A stretch of DNA of 64,000 nucleotides from Selaginella moellendorffii. Lineage: Eukaryota > Plantae > Lycopodiophyta. Positions 12,300 to 24,975 of the stretch are shown piece by piece. Location: contig NW_003314341.1 in the NCBI RefSeq assembly GCF_000143415.4, forward strand, positions 234,004-298,003, written 5' to 3'. The notes below the pieces were generated by a model that saw only the letters and a program-made list of their open reading frames with translations, was not told the origin of the DNA and did no database searches. A program made the translations under genes and the position numbers. Each line of letters opens with the position of its first letter. Positions within the stretch are counted from its first letter, which is position 1.

Positions 12300-15170
12300 T
12301 GTTCCTACTGCCCTCGTATGGATATTCGCACAACCCCTGGCATGATTCCTCACATATATGTCCAACCAGACCAAAAAAAGAGCAACGATAAAAAGGAAAA
12401 GATCTTACATCGATCAAAATATACTGGCAAACGCGAGGTAGAAACGGAAGAGCAAGCCAACAAGCTTGGATGCTTTCAACATCAATTTCCAGCACGATCG
12501 CATTCATGCCTGAACAGATACTGAAGCCAAACGACAGTTCCAAAATCTGGCACAAGCAAGAACGGACGGTGGTAAATGATCAATGATCATTGCGGCGCGG
12601 AAGCAGGCAAGACCCGCCCCAATATGGTTCTAGTGCAAAGATGAAACTAAATTTAACGATACACATTAGCCGCAAGCTCTCCCGAACGACATGAAGCCAG
12701 CCTTCAAATCCGCCATGGCTGCAACGTGATCAGCCGGGCGGCGGGAATGAGAGAACCCCAACTCTCAAAAGATTGCAGCCGTGTGGTGATCCATGTTCCC
12801 CCCCCCTTATCGGCGAGGTCATCAGGAAGATTCTAAGAAACAAACTGAGCTGTTCTTTTTTCCTCTTCGACTTTGGGAGCAATATTGATGGATTGCATGG
12901 TAATGGAATCGTCAGAAAGAATGAGACTAGAGCAGGGGGAAATCAAACAAACGCTTGGCCTGCGAATCCAACGAGTACATAGAGAAAATCCTTGACAACG
13001 TTTCTTACTTGCACCAACTTCACATTCAGTTCAGCTTGAGCTTCTTCATCCTCATAGATCAAAATTGCTCCCAAAGTCGAAGAGGAAAAAAAAACACAAA
13101 GAAGTCAGCCAAGATAAGAGATTTGCAACGCAGGAGGAGCTAGACAAAGGAAGCTCTCGCGTTGAGAATTTGGCGGCTATGTCGGGTTTAAGGTGGGATG
13201 TTTCTTTTCGCTCAAATATTCAGAAACGGATTTTGCAGGTGCTTTCTTTCCAGAATGCAATGCCTAGTCCCAAGGACAAAGAACGAAACATAGCTTGAAA
13301 CCTGAATAAATGTTTTTTCTTGATCGATGTCATGGCAAGAAGCATCCTTTACTACCTCCTTTCCTTTTCGTTTCTTCTTTCTACCTTCTTCATTGTGCAA
13401 TGGCTCGTCAATACGTAATTTCTTGAGTCAATTGAGTACCTCCTCTTCCAGCTCCAGCCCGTAGCTCGCAGAGGACGCGCCGGAGCACCAGCAAGCGGTG
13501 GCTTAGGGACCCCTTGACGGAAAGGAACCGGCAAGGCAAGTTCATCTTATTCATGAGGTGTAGCACCCACCTTCACGACACATGCAAGGATGTCATGGCC
13601 AACAGAAACCCAAAAGACGTTACAGTAACGAGAAGTCAAAAGCACACACCTGTGGGTAAAATCTTGGAACAGCGACCAGTGTTGCTTGAAGATGTTGTCA
13701 TTTGGTGGAGGATAAGTCGACTCCAAGAAGATGGTTCACGCACGAATGAGCCGCGGAAGAAAAGTGAAGCTTTCGGCGCTATCGTTGCTAGCGCTATTAC
13801 TTATATGCTGGAACTCGCAGGAGGATCTTCAATCCTGTTGCCTGTGTGCCAGGAAGGCAAATTCATGGGAGCGGAACTCGCAAGATGCCTTTGTGCCTTC
13901 CGAGGACTCCCGTCTTTGGAGGAATGATCACTCCCTCAAGTTAAGACAGCCGTGCGGGTTCCTTCTTACTTTGAAGAGAAGTTTTGGCACGGCAAACTTC
14001 TAAATTTGAACAGGTTTTGGTAGTAACGCTTTGATTTCAGAAAGAACAACAAGAACACCATGCCGCATGTTTGGTTATAAGAAGAAAGAACAATGCTCTC
14101 TGGAGCTCGGAATCCATTGCGCGCGATCACGGGAGCTCTCTTCCTGACTGGATCTTGTCATAACCAAGAGCAGTCAATCCGGGGAAGCGTCGCTGGTTTT
14201 CTGATTGTGTCTTTTGGGCATGAGAAGTTTCGAGTAAATCAAACCAAAACCAAGGAAAGCAAAAACTTGGGAATTTTTTTATCGAATTTTTTTAGACGAT
14301 TGTTTGATCGCCCACCTTCCCTGGCAATTTCTCCGTCCTTCCAGAGCTAGATTTTCAAGCGAGCTGCTCTACCATGCTATGATTGATCATGCCACAAGAA
14401 GAAAGTGTACATGTTTTTTAGTGTATGAGAGTGTTAGTTGGGGTGGTGGTGGTGATCAAATTCTTACATCAAAGAAAGAGAACATTGGGTGAATGTGTAT
14501 GAATTGAATGCCTCTTTCTGCTCTATTTCTAGAGCTTGGACCACAGAGCAAACACCAAAATGTGCTCTACTCGTCAGGACTTCGCTCGCACAGCTAGCAT
14601 CCATTGGAGCCCTATGATTCAAATTGCGTCCTGCCCAAGATGGTGACTAGGCATGTCCCAGTTGCTGCAAAGTGTGATTTCTTGTTCTCTGCCATGGTCG
14701 CGAGTAGGCGGCCAAGCAAGCCACAGTCTCAATGGCACCAGAGATCAACAGGTACACCATTTCCATGATCATGGGAAGTCACCGTCTGCGTGGGTTCGAG
14801 GGCGCGGGATCTCAGTCTCCAAGTAGCGAGAGCATGAGTTATCTGGCCTCTCTGCTGCTGGACAACAGCGTCATGACCAGGGATTGTCTTTTAGAATCCT
14901 TCGTGCTTCACACACACACCTCAAGAGGTGGACGACATCACCTCCCCAGCTATGGACATCATCGAGAAGAATTACATCTCCTTTCCACAGCACGACCAGT
15001 GGTCCAGCAGTGGAGGCAAGAAGAGGTTTGCAGACCACACGTCTAAAGAAATATCCCACTCGCTGCATTTTTTAGCAAACCTTAGTATGATAAGCGAGGC
15101 TCGATGACTCTTGCCATTTCTTTGGCATACAAGTACTTCTGAAAATTCGACAGTAAAACCGGGTTCCAAT

Positions 15171-17186
15171 ATGAAACTTTGGAGACCTGCGGTCTCAAAG
15201 CGCAAGCGCGATGTGGACGACATGACAGCAGCCGTCGAAGCATGGACTGCTATGCGGAAACTCAAGCACGAAGATCTGCTCAATCCCGATAAGGTAGCTT
15301 CTATTCCATACCCAGGCATTCGAGATCCAGGCGGCAGACCAGGGCGAAGACTAGGTGTTATAGGGATTGAGGTTTTGGGGAGTTCTTGGATGTCTGGGAC
15401 GATGACATCCAGACGACGGTGGTGTAGTCATGGTAGGGGCTAAAGGCATAGGCAAGAGTGTTCGTCTGATGGTTTTCGCCTGTATTCAGTTTGTCAAGGC
15501 CACGTCCCGCATTCTCTGCATCTGGAACATGATGCAGGCGAAGCATGATCTTTTCGGGTGCCTCAAGGATGCGCTCCTCTTTGCCTATTTGGAGGAGCCA
15601 GAGATGGCGATGGAGATTGAAATGATTGACTCTTTGCAAGACCTCCAGAAGTTTATTCATCGCAGGAAGAGCATCTGCCACGAGACTTTCTGGTTCATCC
15701 TCGATGGCGCACAGGCATTAGATGTCCACACTTGGAACCAATCGTTACAAATCCGCTCCGCCGCTGCTCACCAACTGGATATCTTTCTACAAGGCTGTAA
15801 GGTCTTGTGGGGAGTTTCTCCAGAGGCTGAGCTAGACGAAGAGAAACTGCATGACTCTGTCAGGAGTGCCTGCTGTGAAGAGGGCTGAGTGAGAGAGCTC
15901 TGAGTGAGGACATACATGAGAAGCTCAGTTCTAGGCGCAGTTATTAATTTAAGGAGAGGATCTATATCCGTCATCTCACTCACTGCTGAGAAACTCTGAA
16001 TATCCCGCTCGATGGAACTGATGATGCGATGCTCCTCAAAGCATACCAGTACCGTTTGCCAATCCTCCTCATCTTCAAGCAGCTCCACGGCGTCTTCGAC
16101 TTTCAAGTATCTCTGGCTGGGGCTTGGCCTTTCCTTGGGTCTGGAGAGCCTTCCATTCTTTATCGCAGGCCAGAAGTTTGCAGCAGTCATTCAGAATCGT
16201 CAGAAACCATGGGTGGCTTCAATGGGTGGCTTCATGGGTGGTTTCCGGCATAGCGACTTGAATCACGCTGCCGGGCAAGTTCTGTACATACACCTTACAT
16301 TGAGGAGCTCTACATCGACGTTTTCCGTGAGAAGGAAGCAACTTTTGCCAAGGCTCGGGGGGGGGGGGGGGGTGGACTATTGTGAAGTGGTGATGAAGGA
16401 GCCTGTTACCAACTGGGCGGAAATAGGCATATGCGAGCGACTTTTCACGGACGTGGTATCCAGGTTGGGAATAAGGATTGCTCCCTACTTGTACATATCC
16501 ACAGTGAAAGCTGAACGCTTCAGAACTGCTCCAAACCTGTTGAAGAAGCTGCCTGCTCATGGCTACGGCATTGTGTTTTTCCCCAGTAAGTTCAACTTTG
16601 GAGACATTGACGGGGCTGTAGTATACAGGGACATGGCTGGCCAGCTTCATTTGGTTTGGTGGCACTGCAGGTCACCACCAGCTTAGACAAGCACTTGCAT
16701 TCTGCAGACAGGTTTCTGAGCATCCAAGTGATCGACCAGTGGATTCCCTCGGGCTTGAAGGAATGGAAGCTGCACTTCGCCTTTATATGCCTGACGAGCA
16801 AAGATGAAGCTCCCAAGGGTGGCAGTATTAATCAGCACCGCAGTGGAGCATGCTTCGGGGTGCCGTATACGCTGCACATCAGGTCCTTTGAAGATGCCCT
16901 AGCTGCGTTGCCGACCAAGGAACTCAATCTCTTGCGCGATATTGCACTCAATAGGGAGGAACACTACACCACACTTGCTGGCTGTCCACCAGTTCCACCA
17001 GCGCTTGATGTGTCTGCAGCGGCTGCAACAGTGCGACTGTCGCCTACGGACCTCAAGAATCTCAGAAAGCCGCAGCTCAATGCCATTGGCATTTCAGCTG
17101 GAATGGATCCTGACGAGCATAGGAACATGAAGTTGCTAGCTGCAGCCATGCAAGCTAAGGGCGTGATCGTTGTTGATCGTCTTTGA
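15171..17186 (+). pseudogene. Frameshifted Crinkler/RHS-type (CR) P-loop NTPase + PD-(D/E)xK REase gene
   Basis: Walker A GAKGIGKS, Walker B WFILDG, REase-like GICERLF...FFPSKFNFGDIDG...(HL)VALQVT. Several frameshifts and stops, and a G16 run at 16357-16372. Confidence 0.7.
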
Positions 17187-18074
17187 TAGCTCTTTCAATC
17201 AGCCTAAAAACAAACAAACGATCTGGACTATTGTGAAGTGGTGATGAAGGAGCCTGTTACCAACTGGGCGGAAATAGGCATATGCGAGCGACTTTTCACG
17301 GACGTGGTATCCAGGTTGGGAATAAGGATTGCTCCCTACTTGTACATATCCACAGTGAAAGCTGAACGCTTCAGAACTGCTCCAAACCTGTTGAAGAAGC
17401 TGCCTGCTCATGGCTACGGCATTGTGTTTTTCCCCAGTAAGTTCAACTTTGGAGACATTGACGGGGCTGTAGTATACAGGGACATGGCTGGCCAGCTTCA
17501 TTTGGTTTGGTGGCACTGCAGGTCACCACCAGCTTAGACAAGCACTTGCATTCTGCAGACAGGTTTCTGAGCATCCAAGTGATCGACCAGTGGATTCCCT
17601 CGGGCTTGAAGGAATGGAAGCTGCACTTCGCCTTTATATGCCTGACGAGCAAAGATGAAGCTCCCAAGGGTGGCAGTATTAATCAGCACCGCAGTGGAGC
17701 ATGCTTCGGGGTGCCGTATACGCTGCACATCAGGTCCTTTGAAGATGCCCTAGCTGCGTTGCCGACCAAGGAACTCAATCTCTTGCGCGATATTGCACTC
17801 AATAGGGAGGAACACTACACCACACTTGCTGGCTGTCCACCAGTTCCACCAGCGCTTGATGTGTCTGCAGCGGCTGCAACAGTGCGACTGTCGCCTACGG
17901 ACCTCAAGAATCTCAGAAAGCCGCAGCTCAATGCCATTGGCATTTCAGCTGGAATGGATCCTGACGAGCATAGGAACATGAAGTTGCTAGCTGCAGCCAT
18001 GCAAGCTAAGGGCGTGATCGTTGTTGATCGTCTTTGATAGCTCTTTCAATCAGCCTAAAAACAAACAAACGATC
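16373..18074 (+). repeat. Tandem duplication, 851-bp unit (16373-17223, 17224-18074)
   Basis: Both copies start tggactattgtgaag and end aaacgatc. ORF translations are identical at offset 851. Confidence 0.97.
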
Positions 18075-19749
18075 ATCAATGAGTAATTAGAGAAGTCACC
18101 AGCTGAGCTGCATAGATTGAATCCCAATACCGAGGCCTATGTCTCTTTCCAGTAGTCTCAGTCCCCAGGAATGGAGCAGCATAACTTGCCATCCACTGCA
18201 TTGTGCGGATGTGGAAGTTCTAAGAACGCTGTGCTGCCACTAGAGAGGAGTGGATGATGTTGATGCCATACTTGGGACGTCGATTTGGATGTGGCCGTGA
18301 ATGGGGATCAAAGCATTTTAGATCTGTGGATGAAAATCGCCACCAAAAGCATTCCACATTCTCATTTGCCGGCCAACGCAGCTCGATGAGCGGCAGATCC
18401 AATGGATGACAAGGTCCTAGGAGCGAAGATCCACGAGTAGAGCAGCGCTTGATCGGTAGTCAAGCTGGACAACTTTTTGGCATTATGGGAGGGACCTTCA
18501 ATCCTTGATCAAAACAGCACCCAGATTGACTGCTCTTGATCACTTCCATAGGAAAGAAAAATCTAAGAGGAAACTGGTCTTTTTTCCTTTTTCCTTTTAA
18601 TTTTGTAATGCAACTTTGCGCTAGACCCATATTGACTGCTCCTGGTCAAACCAGCGCACTGACGGCTGTGGCAAATCGCCCATGACCTGGAAAATTTCGC
18701 TTGCTCCTGCTGCTCGTATCCACAATGTTTGTTCTTGTACGAGACGAGAACACCAAGGTATGAGCCAGGGCTTGTCAATTGGTTTGGATGGAAAGTTATG
18801 ATGATGCGGTGGTCAATGAGCAAGAGCAAAACTGTCAAGAGCTTGTGCAATGGCTTTCTTTCTGTTTCACCGCTGATTTCTTGATGAAAGCTCCGGGCGC
18901 AGAGGGAAATATGGTACTATATCCACGATCAAATCATTCCCGAGGATCGCTCCAGTCTTTCTCCGAGCTAGAGCCTGCTCTCATGCTAGATAAAAAACGC
19001 AGGCCATTCTCACAAATCATACTACCTACATATAGGTGGAGTTTCAAGACGGTATGACATGGAAATTGATGGAAGTTTAGATCTGAGACAAGCAGCACCA
19101 TAAGCTCTTCCCACGCTTGAAAATAAGCGAAGAGAAATGTTTAGATGTTGGATTTTTGTGCCATTTTTTAAAATTCTGCTAATTACTTGCTTGGAGAAGC
19201 TTGCACTAGCTCGGCAATCTGCTCGTCCAGGCCATTGCACATCGTCTGCGAGAGCGCTGAAGGGATCGATCTAGTTGTTTAGTAAGGCGTGCCAAAGAAA
19301 CGCCATAGCTTGGAACGTTTAGATTACGGCACTTGCCCAGGAGACGAATCCGGAGCAATGACACGCGCTCATTTCAGAGATGCCACAGAACATGATTTCT
19401 TTCAAGAATTACAAAGACACTCAATCAATTTTCACTTGAAGAAACTCCAAAGAAGGATCCGGATTTTCTCGTTCTTTCAGGCCAAGCTCTATTTCTGGAT
19501 CAAAGAAATTTGCCCTGCCAGAACTTGAAATCCTGTACAATTGAATGTTGTTGAAACCCAGCGGTATTGGAATGACGAAATCTGGTAAGTTTCTAGCTTC
19601 TAATCCTTTCTAGCCGGCCTTCCCGTTCACCGTACTTCCACGCAATACACGTGTGCCCATGACTTATGTCATTCCTCCAAAGTCTAGGTTTTGCATGTGA
19701 TCCGATTCCATGAATTTGAATTGGAGAATGCTGGTGTATCCAGACGTGT

Positions 19750-21414
19750 CTAGTGCAGACATGGAAGACAAGATTTCTGACTGCTGATAAAGCCTGTTCT
19801 CATGCACCCTGGACAATCATCCCCAATATCTAGGGAAACCATCTTCACCTTGACGTTGAGATGCTCGAGCTTGCGCATCACTTGACCAACAATCTCTTGT
19901 CTGTCATTGAACGACCACTTCTTCCCCTTCTCAGCCAGCTTGACAGTATCGAACCAGTTAACGGTGAACTTGGTGAGATTGAAGAGCGGTACAAGAATGC
20001 AGAAGTCGAGCTCTTTGTCATTGCCATGGTGGACTCGGAGGAACTCAAGTGCTCGCTCAAATGCTTGCCCGAGTCGCAGCGCACGCTCCTCTGTAACGGT
20101 GACCTGGTATAAAGATCCATTCACGATGAAGTCCCACTCAGCGTTCCTAGCTGAGGAAGGCTTGAACAGGGCATTCTTGTGGCCTGGCAGGATCTGTGCC
20201 GGGAAAACAGCCTCACGCCCAGCTCCTGCCTTCCGATCCAGATCATATCTTGAAGCAACCTTTGGGAAGCCCCCCTGCAGAACTGGCCCAAACTCCCCAT
20301 TTTCTTGGAGCTCCCTGTACTGTAGCTTACTACCCTTCGGAATGATCACTTCACAAATAAAATGCTCCAACAGCTTTCCCTGGACATCCCTGAGAGCGTC
20401 TGGTTGCTCTACCGACAGAAAGCGCTTCAGATCGGGTAACGGGAGATTTGATAGCAGCTGCTGTTCAACGTAGGGACTCGCAAGAGCCAAGCGGTAAGCC
20501 GAGTAAGTGCTCTCATCCACAATCATGTGGAGCACCTTGTGACTCTGGTCTTCCTGCAGTGACTGGAGCTTGATAATCTGGTCGAAATCCCTCACGGCCC
20601 CAATGGCACTGCGTATCTCCATTTGGACATCTGGCCCTATCTTCTCCAGCACATAGTAAGGCACACCACCCCATTTGAGGAAGCGTTCACTCACTTCTTC
20701 TGGATCATGCCCAAAGTTGTGCTCGTTGAGGGCCAGAAGCTCATTTTCTGTCCAGACTGGATCGAAGAACTTCCGGACGCTGCCGGCCTTTGCAAACTCA
20801 TAGTAATCAGCTTTGACCGGAGAACACGTTAGCAAGAACTTGCAGCGCAAAGCCCAATCCGAACTTGGTATCGAATTGTCAGCAAGATACCAGGGCTGAT
20901 TACCACGAGCCCATAGCGCGTCCGAAATGTCCCTATGCTCCTCCACTTTGAGTTGGTCGTCATCCGTCCAAGAGACACATATGTAGTCACGAATTGTAGG
21001 TAGCCTGATGATGATGTTGCGTTTCATGGCCAGCAGTTTCCACAACGCCAGCCACAAAAACCCTGTCTTACCGATGCCAGGATTCCCCAGCAAGACTGCG
21101 CCTGCCCTGGGCATCCCTTTCTCCTTCGCCACCACCTCATTGTGTTGCCACACAAGATTAAAAATGGGATCGTAGCACTCGCGGACGAGGAGCTTTCGGT
21201 TTATGCGCCCCGTGAGCCACCACTCGCTAACATCGTCAGGCAGATCCAGGAATGCGGCCTGTGCTGGAGGAGCGCCTTTGTCCACCTTGACTTGATTGCA
21301 CACTTCGACCTTGATTCTGGCACGCTCCAGAGCTGCTATAGCCCTTACCGGATCCGCCCGTTTGTGCAGCTGCCGTCGAGGTGCCCACAGTGCACCACAC
21401 CGCCCCACCCACAT
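19750..21414 (-). CDS. Intact intronless Crinkler/RHS-type NTPase + REase protein (554 aa from first ATG)
   Basis: GNPGIGKT, WYLAD, LTCSP, PVWTENEL, WGGVP, ASPYV, GKLLE, FKPSSARNAEWDF..YQVT; C-terminal CPGC..CLPC. The ORF-track start at 21471 is TTG. Confidence 0.82.
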   Translation of the reverse strand: MWVGRCGALWAPRRQLHKRADPVRAIAALERARIKVEVCNQVKVDKGAPPAQAAFLDLPDDVSEWWLTGRINRKLLVRECYDPIFNLVWQHNEVVAKEKGMPRAGAVLLGNPGIGKTGFLWLALWKLLAMKRNIIIRLPTIRDYICVSWTDDDQLKVEEHRDISDALWARGNQPWYLADNSIPSSDWALRCKFLLTCSPVKADYYEFAKAGSVRKFFDPVWTENELLALNEHNFGHDPEEVSERFLKWGGVPYYVLEKIGPDVQMEIRSAIGAVRDFDQIIKLQSLQEDQSHKVLHMIVDESTYSAYRLALASPYVEQQLLSNLPLPDLKRFLSVEQPDALRDVQGKLLEHFICEVIIPKGSKLQYRELQENGEFGPVLQGGFPKVASRYDLDRKAGAGREAVFPAQILPGHKNALFKPSSARNAEWDFIVNGSLYQVTVTEERALRLGQAFERALEFLRVHHGNDKELDFCILVPLFNLTKFTVNWFDTVKLAEKGKKWSFNDRQEIVGQVMRKLEHLNVKVKMVSLDIGDDCPGCMRTGFISSQKSCLPCLH

Positions 21415-21502
21415 TTCGCCAAACCTAAACCGAGAAAGGTGGTAGCTTTTTAGCGGGATAACCAACCCCAAAATCTCAATGATATGTAGTAGTTGTCAAT
21501 AA

Positions 21503-24500
21503 TCATACTCTATGCATGTTTGAAAGCATAACCAGAGCAGCAGCTTGATCCTCCCGACCAAAGATCTTCTTCATCGCTCGACATCCCCGTTCCACTTCCT
21601 GATGGATGGAACAGCCACCAAGTATGCTCATCCACATCACCGGATCATCTTCCTTGTCACTAAACTTTTTGGCAGCCTTCATCGTCTCCTCCGCTTCTGC
21701 CAGCCGCCCTGTTCGTCCCAGGAGATCAATCACGCACCCCAAGTGATGCTTGCCAGCCTCCAGTCCGTAATCCAGTGTCATGCACGCGAAGAACTCGAGT
21801 GCCTCGTCGATCGCTCCCACGCTGCTGCAAGCCGACAGCAGTGCCACAAAGACGACGTCGTCCGGGATGAGACCCTCTTGCTGAAGCAGCCAGAAAATCT
21901 CGAGAGCCTTCCATCCCTGTGCGTTTCGTGCGTAAGCCACCATCATGCTCGTCCACAGCACCATGTCCCGAGAGCTGCTTAAGCCGTCCAAGACGCTCCT
22001 GGCCTCCTCCACACTTCCACATCTTCCATACATATCCACCAGAGCCGACCCGACGATGCCACACGACTTGAGCGATCCAGCAGCCGCGTCTTCGATCTGG
22101 CTGTGGATCTTCCTGCCTCGAGCAAGAGCGCCCAAGTTTCCACACGCACGGATGACGCTCAGGCATCCGGCCTTGGTGTGGACGGGAGCCTCGCCCCGTC
22201 TCTCCCCGAGCTCGAAGAGTTCCATCACTTTGCCGTGCTCGTCGTGCTGCGAAAAAGTCGTGAGGATTGACCCCCAGGTAGCGGAGTCTCGTCGAGGCAT
22301 CGAGTCGAAAGTCTCGCGGGCCGCGTCGCAGCAGTGGCTTCTGCCATACATGTTGATCGCTGCGTTGCCAACTTCAGTGTCATTATCGAGCTCGTTTCCT
22401 CTCAACGAAGCATGAATCATTCTCCCCTCGCTTATGAGCTCCGGGCTCGAGCAAACTTTGAAGATGGTGACGAGAGCTGCCTTGTCCGGGAGCACTCCAT
22501 TCTGCTGCATCCTCTTGTAAGCTCGTAGAGCTTTGCTGTGCTGCTCTGCCTGGTAGTATCCCAGGATCATGCTCGTCCACGACACCACGTCGTGACGGTC
22601 CATCGCGTTGAAAACTTTCTCGGCGTCCTCCACGCTTCCACACCTCACGTACATGTTGAGTAGAGCCGTCTCAGTGGTGGCTTTGAGTCCCAGCTTTCTC
22701 TTGGCGATCAGCCTGTGAAGGAGCCTGCCTTGTTCTAGCCACTCGGGAGAGGAAAGTGCGTTTAAGATGCTGATATAAGTCACCTCGTCCGCAAGAATTC
22801 CCTCACACTCCATCTTCTCCAGCAGCTCCATGGCCTGTGCGATCATCCCACTCTCGGCATAAGGACCGATGATGGAGTTCCACGAGATCACGTCCTCCCG
22901 TCGCATGGTGTCAAAGATCTCTCGAGCTTCGTCCAGCCACCCACACTTCGCATACAAGTTGACGAGCGCTGTCCCGACGATAACTTCCGATGCCAAACCA
23001 GCCTCGGACACTCGAGCATGGATTGCTCTTCCCTCTTCCAGAGCTTTCAGCTTCGCGCAAGCGTAGAGAACTGTGACGAAAGTAACTTTGTTTGGAGTCA
23101 CGTCCTCGGCTTCCATTCGCTCGAAGAGAACGAGGGGCTCTCTGTGATGCGCCCGATGGGCGTAGGCCGAGATGATAGCGTTCCAAGTGATGACATCTCG
23201 AGCCGGCATCCTGTCAAACACTGCGTAGGCATCTTCGAGGCTCCCACACTTCCCATACATGTTGACGGTAGCGTTTCCGACGATCAGCTCCGGCTCGTAT
23301 CCAGCTTCCACAGCCAAAGCGTGGATTTTCTTCCCAAAGGCCAGGCTCGACGGCTTCTCGCAAGCGTTGAGAACCGTGACGAACGTAACATGGTTTGGCG
23401 TGACACCATGAAGCAACATCTCTCGCACGAGCAGGGACGTTTCCATCGTTTTCCCTTGTAACGCCCAAGCGGAGATAAGCGCCGTCCAAGTGACAACGTC
23501 ACGCTCGGCCATCCTGTGAAAGACTTGAAACGCATGTTCAGGCACTCCACACTTTGCGTACATGTTGACGAGCGCATTTCCGACGATGATCTGTAGCTCA
23601 CAGCCACTTTCCTTGATGCAGCTGTGGATCTTCCGGGCCTCTTCTATACTTAACGAACTCTCGCAGCTGTTAAGCACCGTCACGAAAGAAATCCTGCTTG
23701 GTCTCACCCCTTGAAGCTGCATCAAATGAAACAGCTCCAGAGCCCTGTCCGGAAGTCCGTTCCGACCATAGGCCGCAACCAGCGAAGTCCAGCTGATGAC
23801 GTTTTTGTGTGGCATCCGGTCAAACACCTCTTGTGCCTCTGAGAAGCTCCCACACTTTCCATACAGGTTGATGATCGAGTTGCCAAGAACGGAGTCGACC
23901 ACTAATCCTGCCTCTAAAACGTAGCCGTGCAGCAGGAGCCCGTCCTTTAAGCGTTCCAGAGCGGCACACGCCTCGAGCACCGGAAGAAACGCTACTGCGT
24001 CGGGCTTCAGACCTTGTAGTAGCATGCACCGAAAAACTCCAAGAGCTTTTGCGTGGAGTTTTTCTCGGTTGAAGGCTCCAATAATCGTTGTCCACGGGAT
24101 AACGTCCACGGATGGTTGAATTTCCTTGAACACTTCCCAAGCATGTTGGGCACTTCCGTTGTTGAGGTACATCTTGACAAGAAGTTTGCGTAAGTACACG
24201 TCTCTGTCCAGCTTTTCCTTAACAATCGCTTCATGCAACGACTTACCATCTTTCAGAGAGTTGCACGAGCTAAGAAGCTTAGCATAAGTTCGAGCGTCCG
24301 AATGCTTATCGTCCTTCTCGCTTCCTGGAGGCGGAACGATATTTATCAGCGTTCATAGACATGTAACGGGTGTTACGAGCATACCAGAGAAGGAAGAAGA
24401 AGTCGAGACAGCTCCTGTAAAACAAAAGAAAGCCAATGTAAGGAAAGCCAAAGCAAAAAAACAAAACGCACAGGAAGAAGCTTACCACGAAAGATCATCG

Positions 24501-24534
24501 AATTTGGAACGTTGGATGCGAACGATAGCACCAT
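21503..24534 (-). CDS. PLS-class pentatricopeptide repeat protein with truncated E domain (RNA-editing factor-like)
   Basis: Many repeats of the type NALVNMYAKCG..A..VF..M..RDVVTW; ends LVMLSNM. Two small phase-1 5' introns link ATG 24534 (MVLSFAS...) in frame to the main exon. Confidence 0.95.
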
Positions 24535-24975
24535 TGCAGCATCAGCCTCTTACAGGAGGAAACCAGGAAAATTGAACTAGGAAAATGAAGAAGACAATTG
24601 TTTGCTCTAAGGCACTTTGGCCACCGGTCTATCGTTTTCTTTCTGTTGAAACGCGACCGAGCCTATTGTCAATCTGCTTAGAACAAACTCAGAGACGTAA
24701 CCTACAGACAATGCTTACCCCTTGTTCTTGAGCCACAGTGGAGAGCTTGCAACCGGATCATAGACCCCCATTCGCAAAAGTCTAGGGGCTCCGAAGAATT
24801 TGTTGTGCTGAAAATTGCTTGTCGTTCTAGAGTGATAAATGGAACACAAAATGGAAAACTACATACCTTATCACGTCGATTTGACATAGAAATAAGGGCA
24901 AACAGGACTTGGCTCTGGCACGCGTCATTATTGAGTGGTGCCACATGTCGCCTATTTACTTCGAACAAGCATTTT

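Noticed and set aside
19750-24534. In-frame PPR-nuclease fusion
   Set aside because: Read-through is out of frame. The plausible GT-AG intron gives the wrong phase, and the only in-frame acceptor implies an intron of ~34 nt.
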